A stretch of DNA of 64,000 nucleotides from an uncultured delta proteobacterium. Its GTDB lineage: Bacteria > Myxococcota_A > Polyangia > Polyangiales > Polyangiaceae. Below, one piece after another: positions 38,066 to 48,679 of the stretch (the stretch's first letter is position 1; every line of letters starts with the position of its first letter). The translations under genes and the position numbers were made by a program. Where the stretch lies: NCBI GenBank assembly GCA_963716725.1, contig CAVQUB010000005.1:734725-798724 (forward strand), in the 5' to 3' direction. Under the pieces are notes generated by a model, which saw nothing but the letters and a program-made list of their open reading frames with translations, did no database searches and was not told the DNA's origin.

Positions 38066-39463
38066 TCACTGTGCGGGCGCCGCGCTGACCGCGGCTCCGG
38101 CTCGAACCTTCTCTACGAACGTCGGCAGAATTGCCGGCCGGCCCGCCTCGAGATCGTCGACGCCGAAGAGCGCCGCGCCCAGGGCGCCCATGTAGATGCT
38201 GTCCGCGTGGGCGTTCAGCACCGTCTCCTTGTCGTAGTTCTCGTCCACCAGCTCACGCAGCACCTTGGTGGCCATCGGGTTCTTGCAGACCCCACCGGTG
38301 AAGGTGAACTCGTTCATGATGCCGCCCGATCGCGCGAGCAGTGACATCGCGCGCAGCATGATCGACCGGTGCAGGCCCGCCAAGATGTCCTCTCGCCGCT
38401 CGCCCAGGCCGAGCCGCTCGCGCAGCTCTGCGCCCGCGAACACGGTGCAGGTGCTGTTGACCTTCACCACGCGCTGGGCGCCCAGGGCCAGGGGACCGAG
38501 CTCGTGCAGGCCGAGGTTCAGCTCGTCGGCGATGTAGCCGAGGTAGCGCCCGCAGCCAGCCGCGCAGCGATCGTTCATCTGGAAGCTGGTCACCACTCCG
38601 TGCTCGTCGACCTGAATGGCCTTGGTGTCCTGCCCGCCGATGTCCAGCACCGTGCGCGTGCCGGGGAACACCCGGTGCGCGCCGCGGCCGTGGCACAAGA
38701 TCTCGCTCTTCACCGCTTGCTTGGGGAAGGGCAGGGTCTGACGCCCGTAGCCGGTGCCGACGAAGGACATCTCGTCGATGGGTTGGCTCGCGGCGACGTC
38801 GACGGCCTCGAGCAACGCGCCTGCGGCGGTGCCCGAGACGTCGGCGGTCAGGCGCCGCGCGGCGCGACGCAAGATGGCTCCGAAGTCCCGGGTCTGAAGC
38901 CGCGTCTCGACGTCGAGGATGGCGCGATCGAAGACGCCGGTGAGCCGCTCGTAGTTGACCGCGCCCTTGCTCGCGGCCGCCACCTTCTCGGCGGCGCTCA
39001 TGTAGCCGGCCGCGGCCAAATCCCGGAAGAAGTCGCTCCTGCGGGCGCTGGTGTCGCCGCCGAAAAGGCCGGGCGCCTCCGCCTTCATCGACTCGACGAC
39101 GTCACGAATGGCCGGCGAGAGGTTCTTGCGGTCGCTGATGAAGGACAGGCTTTTCAGGACCTTCTCCATCTCTTCGTTCAGCTCGACGAGCTGATCGAAA
39201 TAGGTCTCGAGCCGGTACGCCTCGTGCAAGGCGTGTTCGCTCTCCTGCGCGCTCTTGCCCAGGGCGGCCGCGCGCCGATCGAGCTCGCGCTCGAGCATGG
39301 TGAAGCGGGCCGCGGTGAGCGCCTCTTCCCGCGCGACGGCGCAGGCCACCTCGTAGTTGGAGCGGCTGTTGGTGATGCCCTTGCCCACGATGCGGCGTTG
39401 CTCGTCGACCAAGACGGCCTTCGTGGTGGTGCTGCCCAGATCGACGCCGACGACGACCTTCAT
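38066..39463 (-). CDS. bcrA: Benzoyl-CoA reductase subunit A
   Basis: GVDLGSTTTKAV, GITNSRSNY, GTGYGR, SEILCHG.GA, DIGGQDTK, FQMNDRCAAGCGRYL, STCTVFA. Confidence 0.92.
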   Translation of the reverse strand: MKVVVGVDLGSTTTKAVLVDEQRRIVGKGITNSRSNYEVACAVAREEALTAARFTMLERELDRRAAALGKSAQESEHALHEAYRLETYFDQLVELNEEMEKVLKSLSFISDRKNLSPAIRDVVESMKAEAPGLFGGDTSARRSDFFRDLAAAGYMSAAEKVAAASKGAVNYERLTGVFDRAILDVETRLQTRDFGAILRRAARRLTADVSGTAAGALLEAVDVAASQPIDEMSFVGTGYGRQTLPFPKQAVKSEILCHGRGAHRVFPGTRTVLDIGGQDTKAIQVDEHGVVTSFQMNDRCAAGCGRYLGYIADELNLGLHELGPLALGAQRVVKVNSTCTVFAGAELRERLGLGERREDILAGLHRSIMLRAMSLLARSGGIMNEFTFTGGVCKNPMATKVLRELVDENYDKETVLNAHADSIYMGALGAALFGVDDLEAGRPAILPTFVEKVRAGAAVSAAPAQ

Positions 39464-40777
39464 GCGCTGGCCCTCGCCTTGCGAGCTTCCAGCATCTGCA
39501 GGTAGCTCTGGACTCGGTTCTCGATGTTGGCCTTGCCGAAGTAGCGCGGATCCACCAGATCGCTCTCGATGAAGCCGCCGGGCACACCGGTCTTCTTCTC
39601 CAACTCGCGCAGGATCAAGAGCTGACCGGCGCTGAAGCTGTTGCAGCTCTTCACGCTGTTGATCAAGAAGCCGTCGGCCTTGTATTTCTCGATGTAGTTC
39701 GCGAGCAGCTTGGTGCGGCTCGGCAGGTTCAGGTTGGTGTAACAACCCAAGCAGTAGTCGGCGAGGGTACCGATGGGGTCCTTCGGAGTCGTGTCGGAAG
39801 CCCGTGTCGTAGAGCCCGCCCACCCGGGTGTAGGTGCTCGACACGACGGTGGCGCCTTCGCGGCTGAACATGCGCCAGAAGTCGAAGAAGTTGGTCCAGT
39901 TCGGCGGTCCTTCGACCACCAATCGGTATTTCTCCTCCGGCGCGTCGCCGTCGGGCGTCACCGGGCCCTTGCCGTCCTTCACCCGCTGCTCCACCTCGCG
40001 GCGCAGCATCGCGTAGTAGTCGATGGCGTCCTCGGTGCCGCGGAACGCGCTGAAGATCGGCCCGATGTAGTAGACGCCGCCGAAGTAGCCGTCGATGGGC
40101 GAGGGCGTGTTCTGCGCGCTCTCCCAGACCGCGACCAGATCGTCTTCGGCCTTGCGCGAACGCTCGAGGTACTCCGCGAGGCGATCGAGATCGAGCTTCT
40201 TGCCCGCGGCCTTCTCCAACGCTGGGATCACCTCGCGCTCGAGCTGGTCGATGACGTAGGTGCGCATCTCGGGCGTGACGTGCCCGTCACCCTGGTAGGG
40301 CACGTGCAGCATCGCGACCGGGCATTTGTACTCTTCCTTGAGCAGCTCGAACCACTTCATGAAGGTGAAGCAGCCCGTGTAGGAGAGCAGCAAGATGTCG
40401 GGGTTCGGCAAGCGGGTCCCGGTGGGCCCGATGTTGCCGCTCTTCATCATGCCGATGTCGCACTTCACGTAGGTGCAGACGTCCTCGCTGTGTCCGAGCT
40501 TCTCGGCCTCGGTGATGTAGTTGCCGCTGAGCTTGCGCATGCCGCTCTGCAGCGCGTTGATCTCCGGCAAGACCGGCAGCATGTCGAGGGCCAGCATCAG
40601 CTCGGTCAGGTTGCCTGGCACGAAGGTGTAAGCCACCTTGCGGCCGTCTTCCTTGGCGGTGGAGAGCTTGTCGAAGTGGCCGGAGATCATCTGCTTCTGA
40701 CGCAGCTGACTGTCGTCCTTGGCCGCCTCGGCCGGGACCTCGCGGGGTCTGGTGATGTGCGTCGGGGTGGTGGTCAT
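39460..40777 (-). CDS. bcrB: Benzoyl-CoA reductase subunit B; +1 frameshift near 39787
   Basis: YTFVPGNL.E, PEINALQ, GHSEDVCTYVK, YTGCFTFMKWFE; continues in the other frame LGCYTNLNLP, SVKSCNSFSAGQL, ESDLVDPRYF. Confidence 0.9.
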
Positions 40778-41979
40778 GCTGCGCTCCCCCAGAGCTTCAC
40801 GGCGTCCGAGAAGGCTCCGGCTTGTTCCCGGATCACTTGGAATTGTCCGGTGTTTTCTGCAAATTTCAGGCTGGTGTGTGGGATCTTGGCGCGGTCGAGG
40901 GCCGCTTCGAGCATCGGCTGATCGAGCAAGGCCGGGTCGCAGAACGAGGCAGCGGCGAAGATCACGCCTTCGGCCTCGACCTCGCGCACCGACTTGACCA
41001 GCGCGCCGCCCTTCTCTTCTTCGGCGATGTAGCGCGACGCCGTGGCCTGGCCACGCTTCAGGAAGGCCGTGGTGATGGCGACCATCGGATCGTCGTTCGG
41101 CCCGCACTCGATGTCGCCGTCGATGTAGCGGAGGCCGAGCTGGAAGTCGTCGTCGACGATGTCGCAGCCGGCTGCCTCGAGGGTCTTGATCAGGCCCAGG
41201 GGAGGCTGCTCGCAGAACGAGCCGCGGACGAGCACGCGCACGTTGTCGTAGACCCGGGGAGCGCGCTCTCGCGCGGCCGCCAGGAACTCGCGAACGAGCT
41301 CTTCGTGGACCGAGGCCTCGAGCAGGCCACCGGCGCGAGCGACCAGGTAGGCCTCCGAGGCGCGCACGCGGAATGGCTCCTTGACCCGCATCGTGTCGAG
41401 CTCGTGCAGCGCGGCGCGACGGGAGTTCTCGCTCTTGATGGCGGCTCGCAGCTTGTCGGCGTCGTAGGCCCAGGCCCCGCGTGCCGTGAGGTCACGAAGG
41501 ATGCGCTGCATGTCCATCATGTAGAATTTGCCGCCCAGCTCCGGATCGAAGTTCTGCGGCAAGTCGACGTAGCTCGCGTACTTGTCCGGGAACAGCATCT
41601 GCCACATGCCCGACAGATTCCGGATCACGTCGCAGATGCTGGGGAAGAGCACGCCGTCCAGGGAGTCCAGGGAGCCGTTCAGCGCCAGCTCCAGCGTGCT
41701 TCGCGGGATGTGACAGATGTAGGACTGATAGAAGCTGTCGCCCTTGATGATGTCGACCTGATCTCCGCCGCCGAACATCGCGACCGGCAGGCAGCCGATG
41801 CCCTCGAGCATCGGGCGCGGCACGTAGATCGGCATATAGCCCACGGCCAGGCGACCAGGGTGGTCCTGCTTCCAGCGCACGACCTCTTTCAGGGCGAGGT
41901 CGTCGACGAGGGTGCGCGCGCGCTCGAGCACGGCGGTTGCGGGGTCGTTCGTGGTGTTTTCTGCTTCTTGTTCGGTCAC
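40774..41979 (-). CDS. bcrC: Benzoyl-CoA reductase subunit C
   Basis: GGAGG RBS + GTG; GYMPIYVPR, YQSYICHIPRST, PSICDVIRNLSG, FCEQPPL, SFCDPALL, KFAENTGQ. Confidence 0.9.
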   Translation of the reverse strand: MTEQEAENTTNDPATAVLERARTLVDDLALKEVVRWKQDHPGRLAVGYMPIYVPRPMLEGIGCLPVAMFGGGDQVDIIKGDSFYQSYICHIPRSTLELALNGSLDSLDGVLFPSICDVIRNLSGMWQMLFPDKYASYVDLPQNFDPELGGKFYMMDMQRILRDLTARGAWAYDADKLRAAIKSENSRRAALHELDTMRVKEPFRVRASEAYLVARAGGLLEASVHEELVREFLAAARERAPRVYDNVRVLVRGSFCEQPPLGLIKTLEAAGCDIVDDDFQLGLRYIDGDIECGPNDDPMVAITTAFLKRGQATASRYIAEEEKGGALVKSVREVEAEGVIFAAASFCDPALLDQPMLEAALDRAKIPHTSLKFAENTGQFQVIREQAGAFSDAVKLWGSAA

Positions 41980-42632
41980 CGTGCACCTCCGTGAGACTCG
42001 GCACGTTCGGATCGTTCTTCTCGGTCTCGCCGCGGGCGCGAGACTCCCGCAGCGACGCCGGCGGCGGCGACGCGTTCGATGGTGGCAGCCAGCTCTTCGG
42101 GCGTCCCGTGCCGGATCGGCTCGTACCAGCCGTAGGTCCAGTTGAGCATGCCGAAGAGGCAATAGGTGTTGCGCTCGACGTCGAGGGGCGGCAATTCGCT
42201 TCCGTTTCGGCTCTGCGCCACCTCGCCGACGATGCCCTCCGCCAGGTGGAAGTAGCGCTCCTTGAGCTCGCGAATTTCGGCGCGGCGGGCCGGTGGCAGC
42301 GCGGCGGCCTCGTGGATCAAGACGCGCATCAGGTACTGGCGATCCGCGAAGAAGCTGACGTGGCCGAGCACGAAGGCGTGCAGGCGATCCTCGGCGTCGC
42401 TCACGCCCTCGAGGGCGGTCTCGGACGTGTTCAGCATCTCTTCGAAGGCGTCGCGCTGGATCAGATACAAGAGTTCTTCTTTGCTCTCGACGTAGTTGTA
42501 GAGCGTGGCGGGCGAGCGCCGGGTCAGCTTGCCCAGATCGCGCATGCTCATGCCGTGGTAGCCGTGCTCGGCGAAGGCGCGGGCTGCCGCCGCCAGGATC
42601 TCCGCCTTCCCCGAGCTCGACCGCTCGCTCAC
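41976..42632 (-). CDS. TetR/AcrR-family regulator
   Basis: IL.AA..F...GY...SMRD.......A.LY.Y..SKEELL, GMLNW...WY; GTGA overlap with the dch stop. Confidence 0.9.
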   Translation of the reverse strand: MSERSSSGKAEILAAAARAFAEHGYHGMSMRDLGKLTRRSPATLYNYVESKEELLYLIQRDAFEEMLNTSETALEGVSDAEDRLHAFVLGHVSFFADRQYLMRVLIHEAAALPPARRAEIRELKERYFHLAEGIVGEVAQSRNGSELPPLDVERNTYCLFGMLNWTYGWYEPIRHGTPEELAATIERVAAAGVAAGVSRPRRDREERSERAESHGGAR

Positions 42633-43411
42633 GCGTCTCTCCACACGGGCTTTTGCTTGCTGATGAACGCGGTGATGCCCGCGTTGCCGTCGTGGCTCGG
42701 GAGCAGGCGCTCGAGGTAGAGCTTCTCGATGCCAGCGAGCGTCTCGCCCGCCGCGTCGATCAGCTTCGACCCCCGCCGCAGCGCTTCCGTCGCTTGGCGC
42801 AGCGAGAAGGCGCTGAGCTCCTTCAGGTTCTTCCCGTACCACTCTCGGGTGTGATCGAAGGGATCCACGCCCTCCGGCGCGATCGACGTCGCGAAGCCGA
42901 TGTGCTCGGCAGCCTTCGCGTCGAGATCGCAACCGGTGAGCAAGAGCCGCTCGGTCCAGGTCTGCCCGAGGCGCGCGGGGCCCAGCGCCGCGAGCACCGG
43001 CGGCAGGACGCCGAGCTTGATCTCGGGGCACGCGAAGATCGAGCCCTGGCTCGGGAAGACGAAGCGGCAGGCGAGCGCCACTTCGAAGGCTCCGCCCAGG
43101 CAACGACCGCGCACGACCGCGGCCGTGGGGACCGGGTACCTCGCCACTCGGCGGATGAGGCCGTGGAAGGTCGCGAGCATCTCGGCCGCCTGATCCTTCT
43201 GGTGCTCCTCGACGCTGGCGCCGAAGCTGAAGTGTTTGCCGTGGCCCTCGAGGGTCACCAGCTTCAGGTGCTGGTCGTTGGCGTGCTCTTCCAGCACCGC
43301 GTCCAGCTGGCGCATCAGCGCGCCGCTGAGCACGTTTCCGCCGTCTCGCTCGAAGACGACCCGCAGGAGCGTGCCGTCCTCGCAGAGCTCGGCGCGAACC
43401 TCCTCTTTCAC
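42629..43411 (-). CDS. dch: Cyclohexa-1,5-dienecarbonyl-CoA hydratase
   Basis: HFSFGASVEEH, V.G.CLGG..E, PEIKLGV.PP, E.LYL..L. Confidence 0.88.
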   Translation of the reverse strand: MKEEVRAELCEDGTLLRVVFERDGGNVLSGALMRQLDAVLEEHANDQHLKLVTLEGHGKHFSFGASVEEHQKDQAAEMLATFHGLIRRVARYPVPTAAVVRGRCLGGAFEVALACRFVFPSQGSIFACPEIKLGVLPPVLAALGPARLGQTWTERLLLTGCDLDAKAAEHIGFATSIAPEGVDPFDHTREWYGKNLKELSAFSLRQATEALRRGSKLIDAAGETLAGIEKLYLERLLPSHDGNAGITAFISKQKPVWRDA

Positions 43412-44528
43412 GGGTTCTTCTCCCACCCCGCGCGCGCCGAAGGCTTGAGCACGTCGCTGATCAGCTGTTTGTCGAAGCGGGCGCCTGCCGCGACCTTCTG
43501 CCGGAGCAAGACGAAGTCGATCTCGCGCTCGTTGCGATCGCCAAAGTGGAAGGCCGGGAAGCCCGCGGCCGCCTCGGTGTTCATGTTGAGCGCGAGCCAC
43601 GAGCGATTGGTCTCGCTGTTCTGCGCCCAGTGCATCAGCTTCTTCTTGCGGGCGCTCTCCAGGGTTTTGCGCGTGCAGTCGGGGAAGGTGTAGAGCAGCT
43701 TGGTGGCCAGCTTGTCGACGGCCTGGTCGAGCAGCGAGAGATCGAGCGTGCACTTGCCCGCGAGCTCCTTGGCTGCGTCCTTGTCTTTGCCCTCTTTCCA
43801 CTCGCCGTAGACGATGCGTCCCATGTCGTCGAGGTAGCGGTCGGTGACGGCGAAGGGGTTCGGGATGAACTTGCCCTCGGCGGTCTTGTGCACCGGCGCG
43901 AGCTCGTTGACCAAGCCGATTCGCATGGCCTTGTGCGCGCTCCAGGGATCGCACAGCACCAGGCTCTCGACCGCGCGCGAGAAGCCCACGTAGATGTCGA
44001 GGAAGTCCGTCGAGCCGCCGTCCGGCGCCGAGCCGTGCTTGGGACCCGCCTGGCCGAAGCGTGCGTGGTCGCCGGCGACGGTGAAATCGCAGGCCATGCC
44101 GATCTCTTGCCCGCCGCCGATGCGCATGCCGTTGACGCGGCAGATGACCGGCTTGTCGCAGAGCAGGATGTTCGTGACCATGTCGTTGAACAGCCGCATG
44201 TACTGCAGGTACTCGAGGGGGCGGTTCGAGTAGTAGGTGGCGTACTCTTCGGTGTTGCCGCCGGTGCAGAACGACCGGTCACCGACCGCGGTGAAGACCA
44301 CGTTGCGAGGCACTGGCGGTCGCAGCTCGCGCGACGGAAGGCCAGGATTACTTCCTTGACGGCCTCGGTCGTGTAGCTGTTGAGCTGCTTCTCGTTGTTG
44401 AGCGAGATCCAGACCTGATGCAGCCCGTCGACGGGTTTGCCCTTGTCGTCGAGCACGGGCCGCGACTCGTATTTGATGTGACGGAACTCGTAACCCGGAA
44501 GGATGTCGTGGCTGAGCAATTCGGTCAT
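43408..44528 (-). CDS. oah: 6-oxocyclohex-1-ene-1-carbonyl-CoA hydrolase; frameshift near 44303
   Basis: N..Q.NSYTT, FCTGGNT.EYA.YY, YMRLFNDMV, CDKPVICRVNGMRIGGGQEIGMACD, GQAGPKHGSA. Confidence 0.9.
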
Positions 44529-44562
44529 TGGAATTCTTCTTTCTTCTCGCCGCTTGGTTGGT

Positions 44563-44613
44563 TCAGACCCTGGGATCCATCACCAGCCGCTTGGCGAGCT
44601 TGTGCTCGGCGAG
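44563..44613 (-). repeat. Displaced duplicate of the had 3' end (LAEHKLAKRLVMDPRV*)
   Basis: 51 nt with 2 differences from 44852-44902. Confidence 0.92.
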
Positions 44614-44851
44614 GGAGTTTCTTGTTTTGGGTGCTGCGGACTGATGAGTTCGGGCGTCAGTTCCTTGCAGGGAACAGTCGGCGCCGGCCTCGCCGGTCTT
44701 CACACTCGTCTCTCTCTTGCCGATCGTGATCTGCTCAGGGCAAGCCCCGAAGGTGATCCCGTGGCGAGGCCTTCGGCCTCGGAGAGGTTCTGTCTGGAGG
44801 CAGGGGTTCGAGATCATGCGGAGGCTGCAGGTGTTCGAGAGCATCGGCGGT

Positions 44852-45916
44852 TCAGGCCCTGGGATCCATCACCAGCCGCTTGGCGAGCTTGTGCTCCGCG
44901 AGCGCTTGCATGTGCTGATTGATCTTGGACATCGGCGCGCGTTCGATGAAGGGTTCGAGCAGGACTTTGCCGTCGTAGATCAGCTTCAGGACGGCGGGAT
45001 AGGCCTCCACCGGGCAGCCCCAGGAGCCGTGCACGGTGGCGTCGAAGGCCATCAGGTTCGACAGGCGCACGTTCACGGTGTCGCGGGTGAAGCCGACCAC
45101 GAGCAGGGTCGCGCCGTTCGAGAGCAGCGTGTACGCCAGGGTTTGCCCCGGCGCGGTGCCGCTGCACTCGAAGATCTTGTAGCCCAGGCTGGGGATGGCC
45201 CACTCCTTGGCCTTGCCGTGCAGCTCCTTGCGCACGTCCTTCGCTTCGCGACCGGTGACGTTGCAGGTGTGGTCGATGCCGAGGGACGCGAGGCCGGCTA
45301 GCCGCTCTTCCTGCACGTCGCAGACGATGGTTTTTGCGCCGAGCGCCTTGGCGATTTGCGCTGTGAAGCCGCCGACCCCGCCGCCGCCGACCACGAACGC
45401 CACGTCGCCGGCCTTCAGGCCCGAGCGCTGCACCGCCTGGTAGGCAGTGGACACCGCGTCGGCGACGACCGAGAGCGAGTCGGTCTTCACGCTCGCCGGC
45501 GCGTCCGCGAGCGAGACCATGCTCGCTCCCGGTGCGACGAGGTGCGTTCCGAACCCCCCGTTGATGTCGTTGCCCGGCATCTTCTGCTTCAAGCACGCGT
45601 TGCCGCGACCCGCGCGGCAGAACGGGCAGTCGCCACAGGGCATGACTGACGGCACGAGCACCTTCTGTCCGACCAGCGCTGCGTAACGCTCGCCCGCCGC
45701 GCGCACCGTGCCGACCACCTCGTGACCGAGCACGATGGGCAGACCCATCCGCGGAGCCACGCCACCTTCGGCGAAGCCCAGATCGGTGTGGCAGAGGCCG
45801 CAGGCCTCGACCTCGACGATGACGTCGCTCGGTGCGGGATCCCCGAGCTCGAGGCTCTCCTCGACCAGCGGCTTTCCGGTCTCTTTCAGCACCCAGGCTT
45901 TGCGTTGGATCCCCAT
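44852..45916 (-). CDS. had: 6-hydroxycyclohex-1-ene-1-carbonyl-CoA dehydrogenase (Zn-ADH family)
   Basis: CGLCHTD, LGHE, PCGDC..C..G..N.C..QKMPGND..GGF, VVADAV.T, RLSNLMAF.A..G.WGC. Confidence 0.9.
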   Translation of the reverse strand: MGIQRKAWVLKETGKPLVEESLELGDPAPSDVIVEVEACGLCHTDLGFAEGGVAPRMGLPIVLGHEVVGTVRAAGERYAALVGQKVLVPSVMPCGDCPFCRAGRGNACLKQKMPGNDINGGFGTHLVAPGASMVSLADAPASVKTDSLSVVADAVSTAYQAVQRSGLKAGDVAFVVGGGGVGGFTAQIAKALGAKTIVCDVQEERLAGLASLGIDHTCNVTGREAKDVRKELHGKAKEWAIPSLGYKIFECSGTAPGQTLAYTLLSNGATLLVVGFTRDTVNVRLSNLMAFDATVHGSWGCPVEAYPAVLKLIYDGKVLLEPFIERAPMSKINQHMQALAEHKLAKRLVMDPRA

Positions 45917-45930
45917 GGCTCGGCTTCTCC

Positions 45931-45944
45931 TACGAACGTTCGTA
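45931..45944. promoter_or_regulatory. Perfect 14-bp palindrome TACGAACGTTCGTA, candidate TetR operator
   Basis: 15 nt upstream of the had start codon, next to the AGGAG RBS. Confidence 0.6.
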
Positions 45945-45966
45945 CGGGAGACCGGCTGGGGTGCAA

Positions 45967-45980
45967 ATGACAACCGTCAA
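45967..45980. promoter_or_regulatory. FNR/CRP-like site TTGAC-N4-GTCAT
   Basis: Minus strand TTGACGGTTGTCAT upstream of the operon. Confidence 0.45.
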
Positions 45981-46071
45981 GTCGCCGGTTATCCAGCGAA
46001 AATAACGCCCGTTCGGGTATCTGCACCACCCGGCCGGGCGCCCCCCGGCTTCGGCGCCACCGCTGCGGCGC

Positions 46072-48594
46072 TCAGGCTCCGATGCGCTCGACGGACAACA
46101 CGGGTCGCCCGGCGTCGCGCGACCGGGGCACGTCGACGTGACCGACGATCACCCAGTCGTTGTCGTCGGACGAGTCCAGGAGGACCTGCGCGAAGTCCCA
46201 GCGCGTCTCGCCGGTCTCGAGAGTGAGCAGGGCGGGAGCGCGCGCCTCGGGGTCGGTGCGAAGCTGGGTGTGAGCTGCGAAGAAGGGCGTCATCGCGCCC
46301 TCGATCTCGGCGGCCTTCATGCTCGCCGCGAGCTCCGCCTCCTTCCAGTCCCGTCTCGACAGCGCGCGGATCAACCGGAACAGCTCGTTGCGCAGCAGTA
46401 CGGTGAAGCCCTTCGCGTCCCGCGTGACGTCTTCGGAGCCTTCGGGCTCGAGCGCGGCGCGTGCCACGATTGCCGCGGGCGTGCCGTCGCTGTCGCGCAT
46501 GCGCTCCCACTCGTCGAGCAAGCTCGAATCCACCTGTCGCACCATGGCGCCAAAGAAGGTGATCAGCTCTTCGATGTCTTCGCTGCGCTCGGACTGCGGA
46601 ACGGTCTGCACCAGGACTTTGTAGACGTCGGACAAGTAGCGCAGGAGCAGCCCCTCGGAGCGCTCGAGGCCATACTCCTTCACGTACTCGGAGAAAGACA
46701 TGAATTGCTCGACCATGTCCCGCGCGATGGACTTGGGGCGGATGTTCTCGGCGCCGACCCAGGGGTGCTTCTTGGTGAAGGCGTTGAAGGTGTCGTAGAT
46801 GAAGTCCCGATTGGGTTTCGGGTAGTCCAGCTGCTCGAGCTTCGCGATGCGCTCGTCGTACTCGACGCCCTGGGCCTTCATCTCGGCAATCGCCAAGGTT
46901 TTGATCAGGTCCAGCTGTTTTTGCAGCACGATCTCCGGGTTTTCCAGGATGGCCTCGACCAGGGTGAGCAAGTCGAGCGCGTGCGTCTCGAGCTCCGGAT
47001 CGAGGAGCGTGAGGGTGTCGAGCAGGTACAGCGACAGCGTCTGGTTCAGTGAGAAGTCCTGCTGCAAGTCCAAGTTCACGCGGGCGCGACCGTCGCGCAC
47101 TTCGACGATGCCGGCCTCAACGAGCGATCGGAACATCGAGTGCGCCACACGCCCGTGGGCCCGCTTGTCGTGGGGCCGGTCGTGGCAGCCCTTGATCAGG
47201 CGCCCGAGCGCCATGCAGCCCCCATCGGGACGAGACAGCACGTTCACGATCATGCCGTGGCTCGCGCGGAAGCGCGACAGCAACGGTTCCGGCGGGGCGG
47301 TCATCAAGCGCTCGAAGGTCGCTCGGTCCCAGTGCGCGTAGCCTCGCTCCGGCGGCTTCTTGCGGACGACCTTGCGCTTCTTGGACGGATCGGCGCCGGC
47401 CTTGGCGTCGAGCTTCAGGTTCTCGATGGCGTGCTCGGGAGCCTGCACCACGACGCTGCCGCGATCGTCGAAGCCCTTGCGCCCGGCGCGCCCGCTGATC
47501 TGTCGGAAGTCGCGCACCGAGAGCACGGCCGTCTGCTTGCCGTCGAATTTGCAGAGCTTGGTGAAGAGCACGCTGCGGATCGGGATGTTCACGCCGACGC
47601 CCAGCGTGTCGGTGCCGCTGATCAATTTCAGGTGCCCCGCCTGCGCCAGTTTCTCGACGGCGAGGCGGTACTTGGGCAACAGGCCCGCGTGGTGCAACCC
47701 CACGCCATGGCGCAAGAAGCGCGAGATCTCGGCGCCGTAGGGGCTGTCGAAGCGAGCGCCCCGCAGCGCCTCGGCGATGGCGCGCTTCTCGTCCTTCGAG
47801 CAGAAATCGACGCTCATCAAGTTCTGCGCCTCCTCCGCCGCGCTGCGCTGGGTGAAGTTGACGATGTAGATGGGCGCGCGCCCGTCACGGATCAGTCCGG
47901 CGACGGCTTCGTGCAGGGGTTTCTCGCTGTAGGTGAAATCCAGGGGCACGGGGCGATCGGTGGAGAGCACCAGCGCCGTGGGCAGCCCGGTCAGATCCGT
48001 CAAGCAGCGCTCGAAAAAACTGGTGTCTCCCAGGGTCGCGCTCATCAAGAGAAAGCGGCAGTTCCTCAGCGTGAGCAGGGGCACCTGCCACGCCACGCCG
48101 CGGTCCACGTCGGAGTAGTAGTGGAACTCGTCCATGACGACGTCGTCGATGTCGGCGGCGGAGCCCTCGCGCAGCGCCATGTTGGAGACAATCTCGGCGG
48201 TGGCGCACACGATGGGCGCGTCGCGGTTCACGGCCGCGTCTCCGGTCATCATGCCGACGTCGTCGGCGCCGAACTCTTCGACCAGGGTGAAGAACTTCTC
48301 GCTGGCGAGGGCCTTGATCGGGCTGGTGTAGAAACAGCGCCGGCCCTGCGCGATTGCGAAGAAGCAGACGGCGTACGCGATCAGCGACTTGCCCGAGCCC
48401 GTCGGCGTGTTCAGGATCACGTTCTTGCCGGCGGCGATCTCGAGCAGCGCTTGCTCCTGCGCCGGGTACAGCTCGAGCCCCGAGGCTTCGACCCACTCCA
48501 GGAACGCCGAGAGGATGACGTCCCCGGGGACGGGCGTGCCCGCGTCGGCGTCGGCGCCTCGCGGCAGGTAGTCGCCGAGTCGAGGGCGGGTCAT
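46072..48594 (-). CDS. Ski2-like DEAD/DEAH-box helicase (DUF3516 type)
   Basis: [54 protein letters not shown]. Confidence 0.92.
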   Translation of the reverse strand: MTRPRLGDYLPRGADADAGTPVPGDVILSAFLEWVEASGLELYPAQEQALLEIAAGKNVILNTPTGSGKSLIAYAVCFFAIAQGRRCFYTSPIKALASEKFFTLVEEFGADDVGMMTGDAAVNRDAPIVCATAEIVSNMALREGSAADIDDVVMDEFHYYSDVDRGVAWQVPLLTLRNCRFLLMSATLGDTSFFERCLTDLTGLPTALVLSTDRPVPLDFTYSEKPLHEAVAGLIRDGRAPIYIVNFTQRSAAEEAQNLMSVDFCSKDEKRAIAEALRGARFDSPYGAEISRFLRHGVGLHHAGLLPKYRLAVEKLAQAGHLKLISGTDTLGVGVNIPIRSVLFTKLCKFDGKQTAVLSVRDFRQISGRAGRKGFDDRGSVVVQAPEHAIENLKLDAKAGADPSKKRKVVRKKPPERGYAHWDRATFERLMTAPPEPLLSRFRASHGMIVNVLSRPDGGCMALGRLIKGCHDRPHDKRAHGRVAHSMFRSLVEAGIVEVRDGRARVNLDLQQDFSLNQTLSLYLLDTLTLLDPELETHALDLLTLVEAILENPEIVLQKQLDLIKTLAIAEMKAQGVEYDERIAKLEQLDYPKPNRDFIYDTFNAFTKKHPWVGAENIRPKSIARDMVEQFMSFSEYVKEYGLERSEGLLLRYLSDVYKVLVQTVPQSERSEDIEELITFFGAMVRQVDSSLLDEWERMRDSDGTPAAIVARAALEPEGSEDVTRDAKGFTVLLRNELFRLIRALSRRDWKEAELAASMKAAEIEGAMTPFFAAHTQLRTDPEARAPALLTLETGETRWDFAQVLLDSSDDNDWVIVGHVDVPRSRDAGRPVLSVERIGA

Positions 48595-48679
48595 GGCGGG
48601 GTGATGATGGTCCGGGAAGCGCGTTCTGCCAATGGCTTCGCTGGCGGTCGCCGGTGGGTTTGCATAAGCTCGCCGACTC

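Noticed and set aside
38066..41107. 1013-aa ORF suggesting a BcrB-BcrA fusion
   Set aside because: Caused by the +1 shift near 39787. The BcrB C-terminus is intact in another frame (39460-39750) and bcrA has its own ATG at 39463.
44641..44680. CTGATGAG resembling a hammerhead ribozyme core
   Set aside because: No stem II followed by GAAA; the motif pairs with the nearby cgtcag as a simple hairpin.
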